The notes under the pieces were generated by a model. It was not told where the DNA came from, did no database searches, and saw nothing but the letters and a program-made list of their open reading frames with translations. Position numbers and translations under genes: made by a program. From contig NC_135657.1 in NCBI RefSeq assembly GCF_964188315.1, positions 70,556,001 to 70,620,000 on the forward strand: a stretch of DNA of 64,000 nt, read 5' to 3'. Shown here in pieces: positions 37,001 through 46,613 of this stretch. The stretch's first letter is position 1. Every line of letters starts with the position of its first letter. This DNA comes from Podarcis muralis (lineage: Eukaryota).

Positions 37001-37639
37001 GGAGGTCCTCCTGCTCATGATGGCGCTGAATGGGGCCCTGGACTTTTGCCACAAAGACTTTGCTTGACAGCACAACTGCCATGATGTTCTTCTTCCTGGG
37101 AAGAAGAGGGTGCAGACTGTTAGTGGATGTATGTCTCATAGACTTCATAGCAGAGGCAAGGAGGGTGTGTGCCTTCCTTCTGCTCTGCAGTCCCAGGGCA
37201 TCCTTTAGACCTGGGACAGCCAATGTGGTGCCCTTCAGATGTTGCTGCCAGCGCCTCTAGCCCATTGGCTGTGTTGGCTGGGGCTGATGATGGGAGTCGG
37301 GAATCCAGCAACATCTGGAGTGCATCACATTGATTGCTGCTTGCCTTAGCTTTAAACAGATGCATTTCTGCAGAGGCCAGAATGTAAAGAACTTGAGTTA
37401 AAGGCTGACCTAGCAATTCAGTCTCATATAGTCAGGGCTCCAAGATTTAGTATTACAAGGAAGCATAAGTGGGTTTTGGGGTGCTCCAGGTGTGAAGCAG
37501 CCCTTAATGATTTCCTCCACAATGTTGTATTTAAGGTGTCCAACACCTTAAAGGGGGGAGGGAGGCACATAGGAGGCATATATGTTCTCCATATATGAAC
37601 ATTAGAATTGCCCTGCTGGTTCAAAGAGAAGGCCCATCT

Positions 37640-37892
37640 GAGAGCCAGCGTGGTGTAGCGGTTAGTGTGTCCGACAAAGAACTGGGAGTCCAGAGTTCAA
37701 ATCCGCACTCAGCCATGAAGCTCACAGGGGAACCTTGGCCCAGTCACTGCCTCCCAGCCTAACATACCGCAAAGGGTTGTTCTGAGGAGAAAAACTCGCG
37801 GAGTAGGGGGTGGGGAGTAGAAAACGATGGACGCCACCTTGAGCTTGCAGGAAAAGTGGGGTGCGAATGTGAAAGCAAATAAATAAAAATAA
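37640..37892 (+). mobile_element. tRNA-derived MIR/Squam3-like SINE immediately upstream of the SLC22A16 CpG island
   Basis: A box TGGTGTAGCGG, B box GTTCAAATCC, MIR-like core (ACCTTGGCCCAGTCACT...GGGTTGTT) and an (AAAT)n tail. Confidence 0.85.
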
Positions 37893-37979
37893 TCTAGTCG
37901 AGCATACTTGTTCTCACAGTGGGCAACCATACGCCCCGACTGGAAGCCCACAAAAGGCGAAGGGCCACAAGAAGAAAAC

Positions 37980-38850
37980 CACCATATCCTAGGAAATTTG
38001 GCCAGGGAATTCGACTTTAAACGGGACTTTAAGCGCGCTGAAAGGGCTCAGGTGTACCCTGGCGCTGCTAGAGGAGCTGAGCGGCGCCCGGCCAGGGCGG
38101 AAGGGGCCAGGAGCCTGGAGGCAGGGAAGCCTGCACCGGGCGGGAAAGGAGCGCGCGCGGCCGGGGGAGCTGACCGCCCTGGCGCCAGGGGAGGGGTTAC
38201 AGCGCGGCCCTTCACCGGCCTGAAGGGTCCGTCTGTTGGACAGGCGGGTGAAGGAGCCGCCCCTTCCCAGCAGGCGGGCTCTGCGGGGCAGGGAGGGGAG
38301 AGGCTGAGATGGGACTCTGGCCGGCCCCGCACACCGCCGAGCGCCCGCGCCATGGCTCGCAACTTCGAGCTCCTCTTTGACTCCCTGGGACACTTCGGCA
38401 GGTAACAGGCTGGAGCGCCGAGAGGGAGGCAGCAGCGGCAGAGGGGGAGTGGGGTTGGAGAGTTGGAGGCGCTGTGGGTCTCCGGTCTGGCCCTCCGCTC
38501 CCTAGCTAGGCAGGGGCGAAGGTGGGGGTGGCGAGGCGCGGGAGAAGCGGAGAGCTTCTTTGACTCGGGCGCCCGCCAGGGGTACGGGAGGGAGACACGT
38601 GTCCACCGCGGGGGAGCGAAGGTTGGCCACTTCCAGTGAAGGCTTGCTGCCAGTTTTGACTCTCGCCCTCCCTCCAAAAAGCGGGAAGCAGAGAGCGCGC
38701 TTCTCTTCTCCCGCTCGCCGCTTATCCTCGCACAACAACCTCGCGAAGTAGGCTAGGCGGAGAGATGGTGGCTGTCCCCAAGGTCACCCAATGAGCTTCA
38801 GGGATGAATGGGGATTTGAACCCCGGTGTCTTCCCAGCTCGATTCACTAC
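37980..38850. promoter_or_regulatory. SLC22A16: CpG island / promoter of SLC22A16
   Basis: Very high GC and CpG density, several GGGCGG boxes (e.g. 38095, 38139), spanning exon 1. No TATA box seen. Confidence 0.9.
38352..38401 (+). CDS. SLC22A16: Solute carrier family 22 member 16 (organic cation/carnitine transporter CT2/OCT6), coding exon 1
   Basis: Kozak GCCATGG, MARNFELLFDSLGHFG(R), donor GTAACA at 38402. Resembles the human N-terminus MGSRHFEGIYDHVGHFGR as recalled. Confidence 0.93.
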
Positions 38851-38856
38851 AGCACG
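38715..38856 (-). mobile_element. MIR/Squam3-like SINE at the downstream edge of the CpG island
   Basis: The reverse complement (GGTTCAAATCCCCATTCATCCCTGAAGCTCATTGGGTGACCTTGG...) aligns with the 37640 copy. Confidence 0.8.
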
Positions 38857-39289
38857 TTAATGCAGCGTTTGGGGGCTTAGAGGCTAATAAAAGCCCCTGC
38901 TTTTAAAATACCGGTGTAGGAACCCTTAAGGGAGTATATGTACTATATATATGAGGTGAAAGATCTTTTGGACAAACGACTAAAAAGAGGAAGTTCCCTA
39001 AATTACGGAAATTTCCCCCTTTATCCCAGAGGTCTGGTAGTGATTATTTTGCACATGCTCCAAAAAAACTGTCATTTATGTGGCATGAGCTCTGTGGGTA
39101 GGGTCCAAGTGAGCCTTGGCTCCCATTCCCACATGGGGATGGAATATGCTGTTTGAAGGGGGTTGTGGAGGTTTTCTTCCTGCCCTGTGTGTGCAAAACA
39201 CATTGGGAGCTGCTTATAGCAGGAGGGGCTTGGCAAACCTGTGTCTTGGGGTTCTTTGAGTATGCTCTCACCTCTAGGAAATTATCTCT

Positions 39290-39995
39290 ACACTTAGGCA
39301 GGAAGAACCAGCTGCACAAATATAAGATGGGGGGCACCTGGCTTGCCAGCTGTTAGCATCTGTCTGTCTGAAGAGACAATGGAGTGCGCCTCTGGGGGCG
39401 AAGTCAAACCGCTGGAGAATCACAGGGCCCACAGTGACTGCACAGTAACTGCTACCTCCCACATTGTTTTGGCTATTTTAGCAGCACCAAAGTAAACTCA
39501 CTGGGGCGCAAACCTGGGCAGTGTGTATGGAGGTCCTGGGCTGCCCAGATGACAAGTCCTTACTCTCTGCCTCGCTGATGTGGTCCAGAGGAGGGCAGAG
39601 CAAAACATTTGGTGCCAGCTTGGCTGCAGGAGGAGTACAAGGCCCAATCCAACCATCTTAGGGACACCACTCCTAATTTGTGTAGGGTTTACTCCTTAGC
39701 CTTTTCTTCTCCTGAATATGTCCTGCAGGGCAGCTTGCCAGTAGTACACGTGAAAAGGATCTTGGTGTCTTAGTAGACCACAAGGTTAACATGAGTCAAC
39801 AGTGTGATGCAGCAGCAAAGGAGATTCTGACTAAACATCAGGAGTAGCTTTCTGTCAGTAAGAGCTGTTTGACAGTGGAACAGTCTCCCTCGAGAGGTGG
39901 TGGACTCTCATTCCTTGGAGGTCTTTAAGCAGAGCTTCAGTAGCCACCTGTCATGTATATTTTCGATGAGATTCCTGCATTGGACTATGATTCTA
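39290..39995 (+). mobile_element. CR1 fragment (internally deleted) carrying a nested insertion at 39350-39733
   Basis: Both flanks align with the CR1 at 24340-24480 and 24850-25058. Confidence 0.85.
39350..39733 (-). mobile_element. Non-LTR retroposon fragment, RTE-clade-like, with TSD
   Basis: GCTTGCCAG is duplicated at 39341-39349 and 39733-39741. The left boundary TGTTRGCA is shared with a second copy at 43534. The RTE assignment is from recall only. Confidence 0.65.
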
Positions 39996-40836
39996 TGTTT
40001 CTTTGCACCTGTGGGTTCAGTTCCTATTAAGTTTATTTCTCTCTCTACATACGGTACTTTTTGCTTTTAGAGGGAGAAATCTGGTGTACAGCTTTCTTGG
40101 TAGTTTATTTATTAAGCACATATTGTTGTAGTCTGGCCAGCTTAGTCACTGTGAATGAGTAATCCAGGGTTTTATTAAAAAAGAATGTTGAATGGGCAGT
40201 CTAGCGTTGGGGAATAGAACTCAGCAGGGAGGGGTGTGTGAGAGAGCCCATATTTTGGAGTTAATGAGATTGCTTCCCCCTTGCTATTGTAAACAGCAGA
40301 GGGGATTGGGATGTCTGTGCATTTATCTGTTTGGTTTCCCTACACCTGCATGCACACCCAGCTCCTATTCATGAAGCTGTCATCTGTGCATGCACAATGG
40401 CTCTCTCAAATGAACAGTTTTTCTTTTGGATTGTAGCTGGTTTGAGGTAAAATGTATCAAATGGCAGTATTTCGCAAGGATACAGGATCGCTTTGTATAG
40501 TGCGCGAAGTGCATATGGATTCAAAACCCAGTGGTGGCTGTGCGCTAGATCCAGATTAAGCAGTGATATGTAAACAGCAAGAGACAGGGAGTTAGTGTAA
40601 ACTAGGTGCAGCATTGGGAGGGAGATATCTGAATATCTGCTGCCCGTTATTGTTATGGTACTTCCAGTAGGGTTTATCTCAAACTAAGCCAGCAAGAAAA
40701 TAAATAAATATTATCCAAAGGAAACAAGATCTTGTAACACTGCATCTGGAATTTCACTTCTCAAAGCACCTTCTCCCTTGTGTGTAGAGGTGTAGGGGTA
40801 CTCTGTTCTTCTGCCCTCAGCACAGGTATGATAAAT

Positions 40837-40910
40837 TATAATAATAATAATTTATTATTTATAAGCTGTCCATCTGACTGGATTACTCCAGCCACTCTGG
40901 GAGGCTTCCA
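40837..40910 (-). mobile_element. L2 3'-tail-only copy (another at 61139-61191)
   Basis: The reverse complement GGAAGCCTCCCAGAGTGGCTGG...TATAAATAATAAATTATT matches 14129-14205. Confidence 0.85.
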
Positions 40911-41404
40911 GAGCATGTGTTGTCCATGTCAGATTTGATATTTCACTGGATGATACAGTGACCTCATTGTGCTAAGCCAAACCTTGGCTCTTGGTTAGTC
41001 TGGAGAGAGCTTAACCATGAGCCCATGTTCTGATTGCATGCTAAGCCAAACCTTGGCTTACCACAGTGCGGCACAACAGCAAAAAAGATAGGGGAGAAGC
41101 AAAACAGTTCTGAGTTCCTCATTGGGAGCCTGCATCCCATCACAGATAACTGCATAAAGCTTCTACATAGATACTGTTATTATGAATATGTATGGATCTG
41201 GCTTATAGTGAGCCAGAACATTGGTTTGTCTAACCCAGAGGTGTCTGATGAGTAGTGGCTTTCCAACATTATTATTATCTATTGAATTCATATACTGCCC
41301 TATGCCTACAATAGCTCACACCAGTGTTGCTTCCGGATACCTTTTAACCTGTAGATGCCAGTGGTTGATCTTAGGGTGTTCTATATGCAAAGGATGTGCT
41401 ATAC

Positions 41405-41725
41405 CAGGGGTCTGCAACCTTTAAGACAAAAAGAGCCACTTGGACCCGTTTCCGAAGAAAAAACAACTGGGAGCCGCAAAACCATTGCGACATTTAAAAC
41501 AAATATAACACTGCATATATTGTTTCTTACCTTAATGCTATATATACAGGATCGTAATGCACGCACCGCCCCCATGCGACGTCACAGCCAGTACAGCGCC
41601 CGCCACAGTGGGGAGTGTCGGGGCGCACAATGCGCCTCCTCCCCTCGCTAGTATCCGCCCCGGAGCCGCGGCAAAGGTGTAAAAGAGCCACATGCGGCTC
41701 TGGAGCCGCGGGTTGCAGACCCCTG
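41405..41725. mobile_element. Young hAT (Charlie-like) MITE
   Basis: Perfect 15-bp TIR CAGGGGTCTGCAACC / GGTTGCAGACCCCTG and perfect 8-bp TSD TGCTATAC (41397-41404, 41726-41733). CpG-rich. Confidence 0.95.
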
Positions 41726-43533
41726 TGCTATACCAACAAGCTATGGCTCCTCTTCCAATAATTTGAAACAGACTACTTTCTCATGAAAGCAGGAAAGTCC
41801 AGGAAATGCAGACATTGAACCATACGCATGTAGGCCCTCCTACACTCACCTTCAGTTTGCATTCTGTGTATATGTGCATATATCACGCACACATATCCAA
41901 AACCAGAATCACTGGGTGGATCTACACACAGGAAAAAAGCTATAAATAAGTCATAAATTAAATCGTTGTAACAAAAGTAAAAAAAAACGCTATGTAAAAT
42001 CGCATAGAAAAGTTTTGTGCTCTACAGCTCCATCTGGTGTTGCATGTTTATAATGCAATTAAAACTGTTTTTTGACTAATGTAGCTGAGTCCACAGTTTT
42101 ATTACAGAATGACATGTTAACGCATAACTACAAGGGTGGTTCAAGCTGAGTACAGTTAGAGTTTGAGGGCTCGATCAGGTCCTGAAGCAGCATTCTTAAG
42201 AACTACTGTTTATAGAAACTGACTGCTTTATAGCTGCTTTGAGTATGTTTTTTATGCATCTTCAGTCATTTGCTTTTTAGGGTTAGTATCTTTGACCCTT
42301 CATAAGCAATCAAATGTTTGCTAACAAGGCACTTTGTTACCCCTCTTGGAATGTTAAGCTTGTTGCTTCTAAGATTTACCTGTTAAAACTATGAAACTAA
42401 AACCTGCAATTCTCCACACCCCATTCTTGTTTACCGAAGAGCATAAATCTTCACGAGTGTTACTCCGATAGCAGAGTTTTATATAAGGTTCTGAATTTCA
42501 TATAACCAACTGCTCCAGGAGCAGAAGGGAACCCTTGCTTCACCAAGCCACTTTCTATGTTGGTTATCCTCACCAGCAAATGATGAACCAATGAATGTTT
42601 TGCTATTAATATAACTTTTTTAAAAGTTAAAAATACGTTAACAATATGTTATTTCCTTTTTAGGATCATTAGGGTAGGTAGGAGATGAAAAGGGTATTAT
42701 TTACACAACTTTCTGCTTTCAACCTGCTTTTCCTTGAAAATGGGCTGGGAATTGGTCAGTATATTCCATTTAAGTCATCACCTATTTATTTTCTGCAGTG
42801 GTGGAAGTTGTGCTTTGTATTACATACATGGAAAATCAAGTATAGTAAATTATATGGGAATAATAAAGAGGAAGGCTTAATATACATCAGTGTGAGCTTT
42901 TTTCTCTCTACAAGTAACTGGGCAAATACAGTAATTGGCCAATTATGCATGTGTAATTGGCATTTAATTGGAGCTTATCTCTAGATTGGAGTCCGCTGAT
43001 GAATAACAAGACAGTTATTGAAATGAATTCTTGACAGGGCATTCAAGGGCTAATGCTGAACACTAGAGCCATTATAAGAGAGAAACGTTTGTATAGCCTG
43101 GAAGAACACATGGGGACTGCTTGTCCAAAACCTGCTGTTTGTCCGTTCTGTTGTTCTTCCCCTCCACTGATACTTCTGCTGTCACTTCCCCCCTTTTCTG
43201 TGCCCCAATGGACTGCTTTGGGTGCCTCCATCCTAGCCCAACACCTGAAGCGACAATACAGCAGTGTGCTCATGGCCACTATTGCCTTGCACTGCGTTTT
43301 ATTACAACCAACACCATGACAACTTCTTGGCTAAAAGGTCAAGAGCACAGTGCAACATTATGTTGTAGTAAGTACATAAAGCCTGGAGGGAACTGGTGAT
43401 TTGATGCACATTACCAGTGTGGGTTACATGTTATTCATTTGCTTGACTATGAACTAATGGGCAACCTGTGGGCCGCCAGGTGATGTTGGTCTACAACTTC
43501 CATAAGCCAATGGCCAGGGAAGATTGGAGCTAT

Positions 43534-43612
43534 TGTTGGCACCCATCTGTCTCAAGAGACAATGGAGTGCACCTCTGGGGGTGGAGTCAAACCGCTGCAT
43601 AAGCAGCACCAA
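43534..43612 (-). mobile_element. Short second copy of the 39350 retroposon, nested in a MITE
   Basis: TGTTGGCACCCATCTGTCTCAAGAGACAATGGAGTGCACCTCTGGGGGTGGAGTCAAACCGCTG aligns with 39351-39414. Confidence 0.75.
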
Positions 43613-44992
43613 AGAAGGAGTGCCAACAGGAATAAAATATCGGGGAGCTGAGCATAGGGTGGGGACCAAAGATGGACAAACTATCCCAGAAGGAGCATGA
43701 TGTGCTCCCACCAAAGGTGCTGCCCCTCCTCTGGTGCCCCATACACCCCTTATGGATCTGCAATCCAGCAATATCTGGAGCATCACAGGTTTCCCATACC
43801 TGCGGTTGACTTTTATTTGCTGGACTGTAGGTTTCTAGAAACTCTTTCCCCTGTAGACATCCTCCTTTCTGTATGCAATAGAAACATCAGGGGTAAAAAG
43901 CAGCAAAGGGGTGAAAATGGAAAATGGTATGAAAGTAAAGATGGGCGAAAGCACAACATTCCTTCAACACCATGCCCTCAGCCCCACTGCTGCAGTTAGG
44001 TTTAAAAAGACGAGAACACCAAGCAGGGAATTCAAAGATGTGATTAATTTCACCTCTAGTTCCAAGTAACTATCTTGGTGGTTTCTTGTACCTTTCTTAG
44101 AAAAAGGCGTATAAATTAAATCTCTGCACGTTTTTCTTTTAGTTGCAGGAGGGCACGCCTTGCTTATAAACCAAAGAAGACAGCCTTGGGACTCACACAG
44201 TTGTTTATAATTCCATGGGTGGGCAACTGCTTGAATTATTAAAATATTTTGTTCGATGTGCAAGTGAAGTCTTGTCTCAGTAATGCTGCAAAGTGCACCT
44301 GTATCATAATACAAAAGCACCACAATGCCTTGGGCAAATTCTGTTCTGTGACTGACTGGTAAATAATCCAGACGTTATGTGCAGAATTTTGATCAGTTCC
44401 AGCAAACCCTGAGGAGCAGTCTGTTAAAAGCAAGAAAACCTGAACGCATGTAGAGATATTGTTCACGGTATATTAACGTATCCTGTTAACTGTCTTAAGT
44501 TGCTCTAGGGTTCAGTGTGTTCTAGATTTCACTGGTATTTGAGAAGCCCAACAACCTGTGGAGAAAAGAAGAACTCAAGTGCAAATACAGAAATAGGCCT
44601 AATATAGACAATATTCAGACAATTATATTATATTGTGGATGTCTCAATTATAGTGTGTAGTTAGCAGAAACTTAGGGTGATATCCAACAAAGTCATAGAG
44701 CAGAGCCTCTGAAATTGACTTAGGTTCTGCAACTCCGTTGGTCTCAGTGGGTCCGTTTCAAATATGCCCAATGTTGGATATCATCCTTTGGGTTTTGCTT
44801 GGCACTACCACAACATATTATTTTATTGAACACTGGTATTGCTTCATAACTCGCATAAATAGACAAACCAATGAACTAAATCCCATTAAACATGCATCAT
44901 AATTGATGGATGGAAGTACTATGCTGAAGAGCCTTTGAAGATTAGAAATTAACAAAAATAAAGCATATCCAGTAATGAGATACAAAAATGTA

Positions 44993-45347
44993 CAGTGGTG
45001 CCTCGCAAGACGAAATTAATTCGTTCCGCGAGTTTTGTCGTCTTGCGATTTTTTTCGTCTTGCGAAGCACGGTGTCGGGAAAGTTTTGGAAAAGCTTCAA
45101 AAATCACCAAAGTCTTTAAAAACCTCAAAAAAGGCTACCACACCACGTTCTATGAGTTGCTCCTCGAAGTCAAGTCGCAACTGTATTAACGGTGTTAAGA
45201 AAAAGGAAACAAACTTGCAAGACGTTTCCGTCTTGCGAAGCAAGCCCATAGGGAAAATCGTCTTGCGAAGCAGCTCAAAAAACAAAAAACCCTTTCGTCT
45301 AGCGAGTTTTTTGTCTTGCGAGGCATTCGTCTTGCGAGGTACCACTG
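44993..45347. mobile_element. Tc1/mariner (pogo/Tigger-like) MITE
   Basis: 22-bp TIR CAGTGGTGCCTCGCAAGACGAA / TTCGTCTTGCGAGGTACCACTG (1 mismatch), TA TSD on both sides, and repeated GTCTTGCGA internal motifs. Confidence 0.95.
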
Positions 45348-46371
45348 TAATTTGCTCCTCTGTACCTGTTTGTTATTAAATGGTTGTGTGTGTTTTTTAA
45401 GGATTTAAGGAAGGGAAAGGCAGAACTAGGTTTTAATGGACAGAAGCAGATTGTTCTTGTTTGGGAAACGTCTCACCAGGACATTTAAAAGTGGGATACG
45501 AAGGGCTAACTGAACATACAAGGAACTAATCTATGTACTGTATGTAAGGTGCCCCCATGTGTTTTTTTTTTTTTTAAAGGAAGAGCAGCACTGGTAATGC
45601 AGGAAGCTGGAGGGGGAGAAAGAGTGGGGTTGCTTCCTTCACCCTATATGTCAACTTGCAATGGCTTCACTCTAAATCTGAACCTCCGTCCGCTTAACCC
45701 AAACATTTTTTTCCCCTTCTGTGGGGTTCATAATGTATTTGTGAGGTCAAGAGGCATGTTCAGTGCTGACAGATTCATTGTAATTATAGCAGGTGGCCTC
45801 TGTTCAAGTGACTGCCTAAGGCTTTATTTGCAACCCAGGGAATCCTTATGGGTCTATACCAAAAATGAAAAATACAGGTAACAAAAAGGGACAATTAGGC
45901 CTTGGCTGACTGGTCTGTTATGACATATTTATAGGATATCCGACATGCTTTTACTAAGCTTAGTTTCAGTGTTTGCCTACACAGACACTCGTGTGCTCAC
46001 ACATACGTACCCAAAATGGGACCATCCATACACAAGGGGGTGATATTGACAGACCCAGGATAGCCCCAAGGTTTGCAGAGGTACAAAAAATATCTCTAAG
46101 CTACAGGAAGTCCCACAAAATAATCCAAAATGCTTGGCCACGGAATGCTGACTGACACAAGAGAGGGGGAAATCGGAAAATGGGATGGGAGTGGAATGAA
46201 GTGACTGGTAAAGGAGGATGGAGGAAGGGAGATTCTGATATTTTAAAACGGTAGCTACAAAAAGGAAAAAGAAAAATTTTGTATTTGGATAAGCTGTTTT
46301 TAAATATACTCAAGGATGGAAGTGAGAGCTGCCCGTAGGAATCGGTGCAGAAATGTAGTATTTTTCATGTA

Positions 46372-46613
46372 CAGTGGTACCTCGGGTTACATACGCTTCA
46401 GGTTACATACGCTTCAGGTTACATACTCCACTAACCCAGAAATAGTGCTTCAGGTTAAGAACTTTGCTTCAGGATGAGAACAGAAATTGTGCTCTGGCGG
46501 CGCAGCGGCAGCAGGAGGCCCCATTAGCTAAAGTGGTGCTTCAGGTTAAGAAAAGTTTCAGGTTAAGTACGGACCTCTGGAACGAATTAAGTACTTAACC
46601 CGAGGTACCACTG
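46372..46613. mobile_element. Tc1/mariner (pogo/Tigger-like) MITE
   Basis: TIR CAGTGGTACCTCGGGTTA / TAACCCGAGGTACCACTG, TA TSD on both sides, repeated GCTTCAGGTTA motif. Confidence 0.95.

Noticed and set aside
38048-38677. 209-aa and 134-aa antisense ORFs over SLC22A16 exon 1
   Set aside because: Low-complexity P/A/R/G translation typical of stop-poor CpG islands; no domain recognised.
43964-44323. 119-aa ORF with faint resemblance to a Penelope GIY-YIG endonuclease
   Set aside because: The catalytic GIY/YIG, R and H residues are not properly present; similarity is impressionistic.
44993-45347. Regularly spaced GTCTTGCGA repeats as a CRISPR-like array
   Set aside because: The repeats are 9-10 bp, irregularly spaced, and enclosed by TIRs and a TA TSD in a vertebrate genome; they are MITE subterminal motifs.
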